Below are positions 47,298-57,821 of a stretch of DNA of 64,000 nt, one piece after another (position 1 is the first letter of the stretch; every line of letters begins with the position of its first letter). The translations under genes and the position numbers were made by a program. The DNA is from a virus, in IMG/VR virus record IMGVR_UViG_3300045988_142085, positions 96,001-160,000 of that record; one strand, 5' to 3'. A model generated the notes under the pieces. The model worked only from the letters and a program-made list of their open reading frames with translations. It was not told the origin of the DNA and did no database searches.

Positions 47298-48962
47298 TTA
47301 GTCCTTAATTATACTTTTTACATTTAAAGTATATAGCCTAGGCTTCATGAAGTTTTTCTCGATATCGCCACACATCGTAATTCTATCGCCAACTTTAATT
47401 CCGAGATCTCCTAATCTCCATGCCCAGATACTTAATTTTGTTTTTCCGTCGAATACTGTATACAATATATTATCAGGATTATTTCCGCTCGGTTTAATAT
47501 CGAGAACACTTAAATCTTTTATTCTAACTTGTGGTTTCGTAAAAGTTAAATTGTCGAACGAGAATAAATTAAATGATTTATAAGATTCAACTGTTAAATC
47601 AGACAATTTAAGATCGATATATTCAGGTTCTTTAATCTCGATAGTAACTTCTTCAGGTGGCACATAGGATGCGATTTTTGCGCTCAGAGCGAGTTTAAAC
47701 TCGTTTTGCATATCTTTATATATCGTAAAGCCACAAGCGGCAGCATGGCCACCATATGAAGCTACAGAAGGTTCATTAAACAACAACCAATCTAATGGAT
47801 ACGTATTACTTCGAGCAGAACCATGAACTACTTCACTATCCGACAATCCAACAAAACTAGGTTTGCCGCTATATTCTTGTAAGCGTCCTGCAAGTATACC
47901 GATAATACCGACCGGTATTTCATCGTTAACGACAAGAGCTATTTCGCTATCATCGTCTTGCTTATCGTATTGTTTAATAATCCTTTCGCTAAAATCTTTA
48001 GTCAATTCTTTGCGTCGAGTATTATATTCTTCGACAGTATTACATGTTTCGATCGGTTCTTCACTTACATCGAATAATTTAATAGAAGCACCGATATCGA
48101 ATAATCGAGAACATGCATTTAACCGAGGAGCAATTTGCCAAGATACAAGATCAGCCGTAATAGCTTCCTTAGTTAGCATATCCAAGAATACTCGTAATGT
48201 GTTCGGTATTTGTTTTTTCTGAATCTGATTAAAACCTTTACGAACGATAGCTTGATTAATGTAACTGCTTAACGGCATTACGTCGGCAATAGTACCGATA
48301 GCCGTTAAATAAAGTAATTTATCGCTTTCATAATGATTATAGCCTAATTCATTTTCTATCGCTCTGCAGAAATAATAAGCGACACCAGCGCCGCATATTG
48401 CTTTTGCCCAGTGATCGCTTTCGGTTATATGTTGGTCAACGATAATTGTATCTGGTAAAATTTCTTGCGGTAAATGATGGTCAGTAATAAGAACCGGAAT
48501 ATTGTATTTCTTACAAAGTTCGACTTCTTCGACTTTAGTTATACCGTTATCGACAGTCATAATAAGCGGTTTAATTCGTCGCTCATATTTTTTATTAACG
48601 TCTTCGATAAACTTAACACTTAAACCATATCCATCGCTTCGTTCTGGAAAATATACTTCGCTATGAGTCGGAACAATTTTATTTAAAAACTTTTTCATAA
48701 TCGTTCCGCTTGTCATTCCATCGACATCATAATCGGCATATACATAAATATCTCGACCTTCTTTAAAGCATTGCACTAAAAACTTAGCTGCTTTATCGAT
48801 ATTTACAATCGGTTCTGTTTCATCGATGTTGAGTATCTTATCTTGGTCGTATAGAATATTATATGCTACGTCTAATGGAATTTGTTTTAGGGCGAGTATT
48901 TGCGCCACTAAATCGTTAACTTTTAAAGTTAACCTGTACTTATCTTTATCTATCATAAGCAA
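47298..48962 (-). CDS. recJ: RecJ-like single-stranded-DNA exonuclease (DHH/DHHA1 family)
   Basis: YADYDVDGMTSG (DHH motif I), VLITDHHLP (DHH motif III), C-terminal DHHA1-like region. Confidence 0.65.
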   Translation of the reverse strand: MLMIDKDKYRLTLKVNDLVAQILALKQIPLDVAYNILYDQDKILNIDETEPIVNIDKAAKFLVQCFKEGRDIYVYADYDVDGMTSGTIMKKFLNKIVPTHSEVYFPERSDGYGLSVKFIEDVNKKYERRIKPLIMTVDNGITKVEEVELCKKYNIPVLITDHHLPQEILPDTIIVDQHITESDHWAKAICGAGVAYYFCRAIENELGYNHYESDKLLYLTAIGTIADVMPLSSYINQAIVRKGFNQIQKKQIPNTLRVFLDMLTKEAITADLVSWQIAPRLNACSRLFDIGASIKLFDVSEEPIETCNTVEEYNTRRKELTKDFSERIIKQYDKQDDDSEIALVVNDEIPVGIIGILAGRLQEYSGKPSFVGLSDSEVVHGSARSNTYPLDWLLFNEPSVASYGGHAAACGFTIYKDMQNEFKLALSAKIASYVPPEEVTIEIKEPEYIDLKLSDLTVESYKSFNLFSFDNLTFTKPQVRIKDLSVLDIKPSGNNPDNILYTVFDGKTKLSIWAWRLGDLGIKVGDRITMCGDIEKNFMKPRLYTLNVKSIIKD

Positions 48963-49009
48963 CCGCCTTTCTCATATATTATAACATATAAATAAGAAAA
49001 AGGCGAGCA

Positions 49010-49840
49010 TTATTCGCTCGCCTTCAAAGGTTTTAAATATTTAGTTTTTAAGCCGGTAGCTTTTTCTAATTTTGTTAAAGCTAGTCGTCTATGCTTTCTA
49101 TATTTCGCTTCAGATATTCCTAATTCTTGTTGAATTTCTTTAGGACGTTTAGTCTGTACAAATATCTTAACAATGATATTTCGTTCAAGCTCATTAAGTT
49201 CATCGAATACATCGGAACAAGTTAATCCAGATAACCAGGAATCACTGAAGTTTCCGTTATCATCGATCGTAACTTGATCTTCGATATTCATATGATGCAT
49301 TGAATTGTAACCGTTAAGATTAACTTCTTCAAATGCAGTTCTATCATAGCCGTTATTAATTCGATCACGTAAAAATTTAGAAATGAAATGGAATAAGCGA
49401 TACTTAAAAACATACGTTACAAATGTATTGAAACTACGATTAGTCTTCTTATACGTCAATACCATTTGCGTAAATACATAATGAAGATCAGTCATTACGT
49501 CATTATTTTTACCGTAATTATCTCGAATAAGAGACAAAGATCGATTTACTTCGTTGAATTCAGTTTTAGATAACCGAGTATTCTTAAAGATTTTAAATCG
49601 TAAATTTTTATCGGCAATATATAGACAGATAAAATCACGAGAGACTTTATTATTTAAATATGTCTTTTCGTTAACTAAAAGATCGTAGAACATATTAATA
49701 AATGGCTCGAATCTAATGATTAATTCTTGCAATAACTCATCTTTTCTCTTATTATATTTAGTTTGTTGACACTCTAATACGATTGCGTCAATTTCCTCCC
49801 AAGCTTCTTTTTGTCCTTCGAGAACTTTATAGTCAGACAT
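49010..49840 (-). CDS. phage sigma-70-family RNA polymerase sigma factor (276 aa)
   Basis: C-terminal region-4 HTH (LNELERNIIVKIFVQTKRPKEIQQELGISEAKYRKHRRLALTKLEK); region-2-like segment TDLHYVFTQMVLTY..FNTFVTYVFKYRLFHFI. Confidence 0.55.
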   Translation of the reverse strand: MSDYKVLEGQKEAWEEIDAIVLECQQTKYNKRKDELLQELIIRFEPFINMFYDLLVNEKTYLNNKVSRDFICLYIADKNLRFKIFKNTRLSKTEFNEVNRSLSLIRDNYGKNNDVMTDLHYVFTQMVLTYKKTNRSFNTFVTYVFKYRLFHFISKFLRDRINNGYDRTAFEEVNLNGYNSMHHMNIEDQVTIDDNGNFSDSWLSGLTCSDVFDELNELERNIIVKIFVQTKRPKEIQQELGISEAKYRKHRRLALTKLEKATGLKTKYLKPLKASE

Positions 49841-50370
49841 TATTTTTTCTTGGTTTTCCTTTTTAATTTTTTAACGTCGTCTAGCTGCATCCATTGACCA
49901 TCGTGAAATTGAATGCATTCTAGAGTGAGTTCGGGGAATTTATATTCGAATAATTTTTTCTTAAGATTAAAGTCGACCGTAGTCTTACCTTTAATATCGA
50001 TGACACGAATACTTTTATCTAAATTCTTTACGACAAAGTCTGCCACGTAATTAATAGCCCGAATCGTTTTTTTGTTCTTTTTAAAACTTGGTTGTAATTC
50101 GTAATTAACTTGTCGTTCAAATCCAGAGATCAATTTATCTTTAAGCTGTTGTTTTAAATAAATATAGTAACTAGCTTCCATTAAACTATCGAATTTAATA
50201 TCGTCGACAATAGGCTTATAAGAGAAGTATCGACTTTTCTTAATTCGATCTTTAACTTGAGGAAGTTCGAATGATTTAATTAATTTTTTCTTTTTATACT
50301 CTTTCCATAGAATATGAGTATCTTTTAAGGCTTTAGTCTTATAGACGCAGCCATCTATTTCATAAGGCAT
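49840..50370 (-). CDS. DUF1064-family phage protein (nuclease-like fold)
   Basis: FDSLMEASYYIYL..ERQVNYEL..INYVADFVV..IRVIDIKG..DFNLKKKLF matches the DUF1064 pattern. Confidence 0.5.
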   Translation of the reverse strand: MPYEIDGCVYKTKALKDTHILWKEYKKKKLIKSFELPQVKDRIKKSRYFSYKPIVDDIKFDSLMEASYYIYLKQQLKDKLISGFERQVNYELQPSFKKNKKTIRAINYVADFVVKNLDKSIRVIDIKGKTTVDFNLKKKLFEYKFPELTLECIQFHDGQWMQLDDVKKLKRKTKKK

Positions 50371-50372
50371 TA

Positions 50373-51071
50373 TTATTTTCCCGTAAATGTTCTAGATAAT
50401 TCTGGAATAAATCGACTCTTAGAAGATTCTTCTCGAACCGGGAAGAATATCTTTTGATCGATCCCCCGCAAAACATTATTAGCGATAAAGTTTAATCGCT
50501 CTATCGAGCTTATATCACGATATGCAATAAATGTTTTTCTAGTTTTGGCATAATAAAACATAACGCCGCTTAACTGAAAATCGAATGCATCGTATGCTGC
50601 TTTCCAATGGAGAGTGCAATTAATATTGCTATCACATTCTTCTTGACTGAATGTGTGAGAAAATACTGGATAAAATAAGAAATATTTTCCATTACGATAT
50701 GCGATAGGTCCGATATCGACTTCAATTTCTCCGTGATCAAACTCTAATACATGAGAATGACCGATAGAAATAATATTAAGTTGTTCCTCACTGCAGTATT
50801 CATAAAGACTAGAAAGATAATTAATACCTTTTAATACATCTTTATTATTGATACGATGAGGGGCAGTATTTAAATAATTATCTAACATTTGAGTCATTTC
50901 AGGAATGCCGATAATTTCTTTTTGATAAATACTGCCGAGAAAAGCGTATGCTATATCATGCAAAAACGAGCGTAAGGTACGCTCGTCTGTCGGTATTGGA
51001 GTATTATATTTTATGTTATAGTACCAAGGACTATCGAGATAGTCTAGGAATTGTTCATTAGTTATTTTCAT
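50373..51071 (-). CDS. hypothetical protein (232 aa); GHSH motif hints at a degenerate calcineurin-like phosphoesterase
   Basis: ORF track; IGHSHV resembles the metallophosphoesterase GHxH motif, other motifs not found. Confidence 0.4.
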   Translation of the reverse strand: MKITNEQFLDYLDSPWYYNIKYNTPIPTDERTLRSFLHDIAYAFLGSIYQKEIIGIPEMTQMLDNYLNTAPHRINNKDVLKGINYLSSLYEYCSEEQLNIISIGHSHVLEFDHGEIEVDIGPIAYRNGKYFLFYPVFSHTFSQEECDSNINCTLHWKAAYDAFDFQLSGVMFYYAKTRKTFIAYRDISSIERLNFIANNVLRGIDQKIFFPVREESSKSRFIPELSRTFTGK

Positions 51072-51534
51072 ATAATTGAGTAATGCAACGAGCTACTTCA
51101 TAAGATTCGGCAAATAAAGCATCTGGAGTATTTAGATTAGGACGTAACTGAGGAATTTCAGTTTTTTGACCTAATACAGATTCAGCAGATTGAGCAATCT
51201 TTAATTTAAGATCTTCGATAAGAGCATTGCCTTCAGCAATTTCTTCATCGCTTAATGCGAGAGCAAGATCTTTATTTAAATAATCGCGCACTTTAAATAT
51301 ATCTAAAGTATTATCTACTTCACTATTTAAATCTAGCACCAAGGTGGATACATATTTAGCCGTTAACTTAAGAACGTCGAACACTACAGGAGCTGTAGGA
51401 AAACGTTCATTAGTTAAACCTTTAATAACCGTAATCCAGATACCTAAGAAATTAGATTTCTCAGTAGTCGTAGCTGGAAAACTATTTAATAGGCTTTCAG
51501 AAAATGCTTCGTAGACTTTTTCGTAAATAGTCAT
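51058..51534 (-). CDS. hypothetical protein (158 aa)
   Basis: ORF track. Confidence 0.45.
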   Translation of the reverse strand: MTIYEKVYEAFSESLLNSFPATTTEKSNFLGIWITVIKGLTNERFPTAPVVFDVLKLTAKYVSTLVLDLNSEVDNTLDIFKVRDYLNKDLALALSDEEIAEGNALIEDLKLKIAQSAESVLGQKTEIPQLRPNLNTPDALFAESYEVARCITQLYENN

Positions 51535-51536
51535 AT

Positions 51537-52565
51537 TTAACCTCGAATAATATTATTGAAACGTTCAGTATCTTGTTGATTAGCTTCTGTAGCATAAGAG
51601 AACTCAGGTACAAAATAGAAGAAGCTTCTACCTTTAAATTCACTTCGTTTATTCTTAGCCCAGTCTAATTCTATGACAGGCTGAATGTCGGCATGACCTT
51701 CTCTGTTATAGAATACTTTTGCATTATTTTTGTTTTTGCTTACGTCGTTATGAACAAGGAATACAACGCTCGCATCATATTGATATCGGACTGACTCCTT
51801 AAGATCGTCAAGAGATGGTCGGCCATTATGATTTAATTTTCTTAAATGGGCCGTACCAAATACCGGAATTTGTAAATCGACGTTAGCCAATTTTTTAAGT
51901 TCTTCAGATAATGCCTCATGACGTTCTTGCGGCTTATTAAACGTTCTGTTTTTAAAACGCAAGTCAGATAAGGAGTCAATACCGATAATGATATTATTTT
52001 CCGGATCAATCGATTTGACAAATTCTTGAGCTCGTTTTGCGTGTTCGCAAATATCTTCGAAAGATTGAACTCGAGTTCCGTCGGTCATCATGAATTGATG
52101 ACTCTGCTCCTTTAATAATTGAATACCGTCTTTGCGACGTTGAAGCTGAGCTTTAATTCTTTGAAAATACTCATCTTCTTCTTGGCATCGAGGAGTAATC
52201 GACGATATTTTTTCATAGCGTTTTGGTTTACCGGCAATCGCAATCGGGATTTGTTGATCCATCGCAATAATACGAGGAATAACTTCTCCGACAGTATCGT
52301 CTAGCGTATAGTAAATAGCTAATAATTTATTATCGGGATTCGTTCCCAAATCCTTTAATAAATTAGACATAATAGCTGTTTTACCGCCGTTAGATTCGCC
52401 GGCGAAAATATATAAGCCTTTTGTTAAGCCACTTAGGTTCTTATTGAATGATGGGAACCGTAATGTGTCATAACCTTCTTCTTCGTCTTTTTCGCTCTCT
52501 ATTTCGTATTCTTCATAGATTGTTAAAGACTCTTTATAAAAATCAATACTCATATTTAACTCCAT
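51537..52565 (-). CDS. DnaB-family replicative helicase, RecA-like C-terminal domain only (342 aa)
   Basis: Walker A GESNGGKT inside LYIFAGESNGGKTAIMSNL; Walker B-like IIIGIDSLS; RHEALSEELKKLANVDLQIPVFGTAHLRK resembles DnaB motifs H3/H4. Confidence 0.5.
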   Translation of the reverse strand: MELNMSIDFYKESLTIYEEYEIESEKDEEEGYDTLRFPSFNKNLSGLTKGLYIFAGESNGGKTAIMSNLLKDLGTNPDNKLLAIYYTLDDTVGEVIPRIIAMDQQIPIAIAGKPKRYEKISSITPRCQEEDEYFQRIKAQLQRRKDGIQLLKEQSHQFMMTDGTRVQSFEDICEHAKRAQEFVKSIDPENNIIIGIDSLSDLRFKNRTFNKPQERHEALSEELKKLANVDLQIPVFGTAHLRKLNHNGRPSLDDLKESVRYQYDASVVFLVHNDVSKNKNNAKVFYNREGHADIQPVIELDWAKNKRSEFKGRSFFYFVPEFSYATEANQQDTERFNNIIRG

Positions 52566-53191
52566 CTGTAGAAAACTTTATCTAAACCAGCTCTATGGTT
52601 ATCCCAATAAATAGATTCAACTTTTTCAAGCGTATCTACTTCATAATTAGTTAGGTTAAGTAAAGAACTAACTTCGTATGCATGATCATCGATTAGATAA
52701 AGCAGAATATCTAATGAATCCATAAGTTGACGATTATATCGATTTAGAAGATAGTCAATGGCGCCAACATCTCGTTTTGCATCTCGTATCGTTAAAGGAT
52801 TAGCCTTTTTATAATAATAAGATAGCAACTGTTCTTTAGTGTAAGAAATTTTCATTTCTTTAAAAAACTTAACTTCCTCAACTTGAATATCGAGTCCAAT
52901 ATTAAGCTTAGGTGGTCGTGATAAAATTTGTAATTCTGGATGAAAATAATAAGTATCTCTTTTTATAAGCCCGTTCCAAAGAGAAGATGGCAGATCACAA
53001 TATTTAATATATTCTTTACGAAACGTGGACAAAATTTTTACAATATCGTTTGTACTGTAAAAATTATCGTATAAGTAATCTATCGTATATTGTGTAACAT
53101 ACGTTTTATCTGTTGTATGGCCTAGTATATTTTCTTCGTACCATAATCCACTAACCATAAAATATCCTCCGATTAAAAATAATATCTTCAT
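52556..53191 (-). CDS. hypothetical protein (211 aa), possible helicase partner or loader
   Basis: ORF track; overlaps the helicase gene by 10 nt. Confidence 0.4.
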   Translation of the reverse strand: MKILFLIGGYFMVSGLWYEENILGHTTDKTYVTQYTIDYLYDNFYSTNDIVKILSTFRKEYIKYCDLPSSLWNGLIKRDTYYFHPELQILSRPPKLNIGLDIQVEEVKFFKEMKISYTKEQLLSYYYKKANPLTIRDAKRDVGAIDYLLNRYNRQLMDSLDILLYLIDDHAYEVSSLLNLTNYEVDTLEKVESIYWDNHRAGLDKVFYRWS

Positions 53192-53211
53192 AAACTATTA
53201 TAGCATAAGAA

Positions 53212-53244
53212 TTCAAAAAAGAAAAGGCCCGGACACTAAGTCCG
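53212..53244 (-). terminator. intrinsic terminator (CGGAC-loop-GTCCG plus GGCC, then U-run)
   Basis: hairpin after the stop of 53236..54378; plus-strand A-run 53214-53226. Confidence 0.5.
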
Positions 53245-54378
53245 AACCTTTAAAAATTCTATACTATACATTGCTTTTTTAACCGGGATGTCGGCATAGA
53301 ACACTTTTGTATTTCGAGAAATTTGATTAACGATATCTCGAGCATGAGTTTCGATAGGATATAATAAATTACCGTTAGATAAATAACTGTATAGTTTAAT
53401 ATTCATTTCGCTGCATGTCGTATTATGCTTACTGTATCGATTACCGACTTCATCGGCTGATTGATCAGAAATAATAATGTTATCGTTGATATATTTAATT
53501 AAATTTTTATATTCATTTTTAATAACGATATTACTATTCTTCGTATCGAAGTTTGCATTATATAAATAAATATGACGTAATCCGAATGGATACATACCGA
53601 GATTATTTACGAACGTTAGTTTGAAATTAAGAACCATCGTTTTAATACTATATGTATTATCGAATAGAATTCGCGTATCTTCTAACGGTTGATCATAATC
53701 GATAACGATAGCTTTATTACTCAATTGTGTCCCCGGTGTCGTAATAACCGTAATGTTTTTTAAAATAGATGCACCAGCTAAGAACGGAGAAATTTCGATT
53801 GCGTTACAGGTCGCAGAACCAACGATAGGATTGTCGGGAAATTCGATAGTCAATGTAACAGTATCAGAAGAATACTGATGAAATGTCGGCATCTTATTTA
53901 AAATTGTATCATGTTTTAATACGTCGATATATTCTTCTTTAACTTCTTCATTAATAGAAACCGTTGCTGAATTTTTAAAAATATATCCGGCAGCAGAATT
54001 AAAGTTAAGAAGATTATCTAAATTCCCTACAATCTTAGGATGAATACAATTGCCATATTTTTCGTAATTAGAATTTGCTTCTAATACTTTATTTGTGTCG
54101 GCAAATAAAATCTTATTAGAATTATAAATATTCTTTTTAAGTACTGTTTCACCATCGAAAATAGTTTCGTTGATTCGGTTCCCATCTTTAAGAGAATCGA
54201 TATAGCGAGACATCTGATTATTTAAATAATTGCTATATTCTAATACAGCATTCATAATTTCTAATTTTTTATCGTAAGAATTATGTTGTTTAATAATCGA
54301 CGTTTCTAAATTATTATATTCTTGTTGCATAGACTCAACAAGTTCTGTAAAATACTTAGACGTATTTTTTATTTCCAT
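53236..54378 (-). CDS. structural-like hypothetical protein (380 aa)
   Basis: ORF track. Confidence 0.5.
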   Translation of the reverse strand: MEIKNTSKYFTELVESMQQEYNNLETSIIKQHNSYDKKLEIMNAVLEYSNYLNNQMSRYIDSLKDGNRINETIFDGETVLKKNIYNSNKILFADTNKVLEANSNYEKYGNCIHPKIVGNLDNLLNFNSAAGYIFKNSATVSINEEVKEEYIDVLKHDTILNKMPTFHQYSSDTVTLTIEFPDNPIVGSATCNAIEISPFLAGASILKNITVITTPGTQLSNKAIVIDYDQPLEDTRILFDNTYSIKTMVLNFKLTFVNNLGMYPFGLRHIYLYNANFDTKNSNIVIKNEYKNLIKYINDNIIISDQSADEVGNRYSKHNTTCSEMNIKLYSYLSNGNLLYPIETHARDIVNQISRNTKVFYADIPVKKAMYSIEFLKVRT

Positions 54379-54388
54379 GCCATACCTC

Positions 54389-54604
54389 TTAATAGAAATT
54401 AGAATACTGACGATATGTATTTGATAAGATATTAGACTCTACTAACTTTTTGTAAACATCGTCGATCGATTTATTTTGAGATTCTAATTTTAATAATTTT
54501 TCTTTAAGCAATTTAATTTCGTTAGCTAAATTATAATAATTTAAAACGAACTTATCATACTCCCAAGAACCATTAAATCTGATGTTATATTTGATCATAT
54601 TCAT
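54389..54604 (-). CDS. small coiled-coil protein (71 aa)
   Basis: ORF track. Confidence 0.4.
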   Translation of the reverse strand: MNMIKYNIRFNGSWEYDKFVLNYYNLANEIKLLKEKLLKLESQNKSIDDVYKKLVESNILSNTYRQYSNFY

Positions 54605-55748
54605 TATACCTATTCTGTTTGATTACTAAAGAATTAATTTTAACGTTACCGCCAGAAGGATTATCGATTACGGCAACTGGATTATCGTAATTAACTTCTT
54701 TATCGTAAGTAATGATTTCTAACATATTATCATAAGCACCTTCGTAAAACGTTCTAGAATAAATATGATTATCTTTTATAATGCAATTGTCGACAGCCGC
54801 AAAAATAATGCCGTCAGTATTAAAAGATATTTGACCATAAGGCGGCATTCTAAATTTAAAGTACTGTACTTTATCGGTAATTGTAACTAAATGATTGTTA
54901 ATATTAGTTTTAATAGGATCGAGCGTAAAGCTAAAATCGATATGTGTACCCTTATAAATATAAAATTCTACGTCGTGTTCGAAAGGATTTTGAACGTTGT
55001 TATATTGACTTAACTCAACACATTTATTGTCGACCTTAATCATATTATGTCCAGAGTATAAATAATACTGAGACTTATAAGTATTTTCAAATTTCTGTGG
55101 CAACTGATAGCTGCCAAAATATTTATTACCAGAATCTAATGAGAAAAATTCTGTTTTAGTTGTCGGTTCACCAGGCACTTGATACAATGATTCATTAGAT
55201 TCATAGTTAAGGATGTTTTCTGTCGGTGATAACTCTAATACTACGCTTGCATTATTATCTTCGACATTCGCTAAGAAAGCTAATGTCGATCCAGCATATG
55301 TCGTAAATGCAGGAAGCTTAACATAAGTTTTTCCGTCTTTATTTTGCATGTCGAAGTTATTAGATTGGAATACTAATGTATCGCCGAAAATTGCAATCGT
55401 TTCGAGCTTAGATCGATTATAATACTGATTAGCGATGCGCTCTAAATTATTTAACTTAATATTTACTAAGTCTTTAGTATTATTAAATTCTTCGACTGTT
55501 AATTCATATACAGATCGATATAATATCAATAGATCATTATATAAAACAGATAATTCATTATTAAATTCAGATACGTTTAGTTTAGAACCTTCTTGAATAT
55601 AACGATGTTTAAATAATGCTAATTGTGTATCATATTCTTCTAGCGCAGATTCTAAAGCACTATCGCTAATATATTCGCCAGATTTTAATGCTTGATCGAT
55701 TAATCGTTGGCGATAATATTCTAATTTATAAATCTGATCTTTATACAT
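54585..55748 (-). CDS. structural-like hypothetical protein (387 aa)
   Basis: ORF track. Confidence 0.5.
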   Translation of the reverse strand: MYKDQIYKLEYYRQRLIDQALKSGEYISDSALESALEEYDTQLALFKHRYIQEGSKLNVSEFNNELSVLYNDLLILYRSVYELTVEEFNNTKDLVNIKLNNLERIANQYYNRSKLETIAIFGDTLVFQSNNFDMQNKDGKTYVKLPAFTTYAGSTLAFLANVEDNNASVVLELSPTENILNYESNESLYQVPGEPTTKTEFFSLDSGNKYFGSYQLPQKFENTYKSQYYLYSGHNMIKVDNKCVELSQYNNVQNPFEHDVEFYIYKGTHIDFSFTLDPIKTNINNHLVTITDKVQYFKFRMPPYGQISFNTDGIIFAAVDNCIIKDNHIYSRTFYEGAYDNMLEIITYDKEVNYDNPVAVIDNPSGGNVKINSLVIKQNRYNEYDQI

Positions 55749-57117
55749 TAGATACCTGCTTTCCTAAACATAATTTTAAATTAGCAATATACGGAGAATA
55801 ATCATAAGCGACGGGAACCGATAAAGCAATTTGGAGAGTCGTAATAGGCTCATCGATATATTCTACATATTTTTCTTTAATAGGATTCTTAGAATACTTA
55901 ATTAACTTAATACCTTTTTTGTCACTATTAACAGGAACAACGTTATATGCAATGCCATTAACGATTAGTTGGTATCCTATGTCTTGACGTAAAGCATCTT
56001 GTATAAAATCTGGGATATATTCATTACAGAATATACCAGCACATACTGCCTTACCTGACGTTATAATATTCTGAGTCGTACCGACACCTTCTTTAAATGA
56101 ATTGCGTCGAGCTTGCATCGCATCGATACGAACAAACTTACGATATACTCCGTCTTTTATCTGATCGTTAATTTTTATTTTCTTAGAATCGACAGCATTG
56201 CTATACATCGTAATTCTTAACAGTTGAGTAACTGGGAACACTAATGCGCCGCTGCCATAGATATATGTAAAATCAGAATAGCTATGATCTTGTTTATTAG
56301 GCTGAACATCGCCAGTAAATACTGTACGCCATTCTACATTATTATCGGAAACTTCGACTTTCGTGATATGAGTCGATGCATCATCGTCGAATATAAGTTC
56401 ATTGAAGCCATCTTCAAATTGAGACTCTAACGTAATTTGAACGGTAGCTGGAATATCGTCGATATTAATTAAATCGCTTTTATTAACTGCGTCATAGCTA
56501 AATAATCGGCTATATTCCCAAGCACTATTTTTAACGCCATCAAATACATTTTGCGTATTAGAAGTATCGAATAATTCTTTCTGCAATACATCATGTTGTT
56601 CAGATACAACATAGTCATTACCGGAATAACCGTTACCATTAATATTTACGATCTTAATCGGAATATTTTTTTCGTAGGTCTTACTCGAAGTAATACAATT
56701 TCTATATTGATATAGATTAGATTTAATAGAAAAATGGTTAGACGTAATTGGAATAATAGAATTAAAATCAGAGATATTGCCACAGATCATATTAATATCT
56801 TTTACGCGTTCATCTTCAGCATCTATCTTCTCTTGGATAGAAGCAATTTTTAAATCGACCTCAGATAATAAGTTTTCGATATCGTATGCAGAATCGATGC
56901 AGTTAAAACTTAAATTCATAATATCGAAAATAGATTCTAATGTATTTTGATGTACTTCAGTATACTTTGGTTCATCTTCTTCACTAAGATAGTTAGGTTT
57001 AAATAAAGGGCTTCGGGGATCTTGCAAGCTTTTCTCTTTAAACTTGTCCATGAGCCCTTCATCAGCTAATGCTTGAAGGTACGCATTTTTAACTGTCGTA
57101 TTCTTTAAATCTTCCAA
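55741..57117 (-). CDS. structural-like hypothetical protein (458 aa)
   Basis: ORF track. Confidence 0.5.
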   Translation of the reverse strand: MEDLKNTTVKNAYLQALADEGLMDKFKEKSLQDPRSPLFKPNYLSEEDEPKYTEVHQNTLESIFDIMNLSFNCIDSAYDIENLLSEVDLKIASIQEKIDAEDERVKDINMICGNISDFNSIIPITSNHFSIKSNLYQYRNCITSSKTYEKNIPIKIVNINGNGYSGNDYVVSEQHDVLQKELFDTSNTQNVFDGVKNSAWEYSRLFSYDAVNKSDLINIDDIPATVQITLESQFEDGFNELIFDDDASTHITKVEVSDNNVEWRTVFTGDVQPNKQDHSYSDFTYIYGSGALVFPVTQLLRITMYSNAVDSKKIKINDQIKDGVYRKFVRIDAMQARRNSFKEGVGTTQNIITSGKAVCAGIFCNEYIPDFIQDALRQDIGYQLIVNGIAYNVVPVNSDKKGIKLIKYSKNPIKEKYVEYIDEPITTLQIALSVPVAYDYSPYIANLKLCLGKQVSNV

Positions 57118-57821
57118 TTTAATTTTCCTCCATGAGCATTAATAATAATATTATCTATTTTAATCGGATTTTTACCGAAGTAAATTCTCTTAATTAATTT
57201 TACTGCGATACGATTATCGATCGGCTTAATTCTCTTAGCATCGAACGGAATATAACTAATAACCAATTCTTTGGACTTTTCTTTAAGAATATTATTTAAA
57301 GAATTAATATTCGTAAGATATTCATCGTAATTAGCATATGTATTATATAAGACTAAACCGTCTTTTGTTTTTTCATGAATCGTAATCTGATAGTTTTTAT
57401 TAATTTTAAATCGAGTTTCGAGATTATAGAATAATTTTTCATACAATACTTGAGTTTGGTTATATGGTAAAATCGGAACTTCTTTATTGTTATCCAATAA
57501 GTAAAACTCTAAAGAATATTGTTCATCTTTAGTTTGCTCTTTTAATGAAGTTAATAACGTTAAATAATCGCAGTTTTCTATCGTAATAAACTTAGAAACA
57601 GTACCGCTCACATCAGTCGCATTGTTATAAGAGAACTTAATATTATTTATACCGAAATTATAAGAAACAACAGTAGAATCTAATTGAACATTTTTAATCT
57701 CGTCACGTCGAGGGATTGGTCGAGCAGTCGTACTAATTGTATCTTTATCGTCGAGTACGATACCGATATCTTTAACGGTTAAAGACCTACTTATTTTTGT
57801 TTCTTCTGCCATTAGCTTCAC
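57105..57821 (-). CDS. hypothetical protein (238 aa)
   Basis: ORF track. Confidence 0.5.
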   Translation of the reverse strand: MKLMAEETKISRSLTVKDIGIVLDDKDTISTTARPIPRRDEIKNVQLDSTVVSYNFGINNIKFSYNNATDVSGTVSKFITIENCDYLTLLTSLKEQTKDEQYSLEFYLLDNNKEVPILPYNQTQVLYEKLFYNLETRFKINKNYQITIHEKTKDGLVLYNTYANYDEYLTNINSLNNILKEKSKELVISYIPFDAKRIKPIDNRIAVKLIKRIYFGKNPIKIDNIIINAHGGKLNWKI

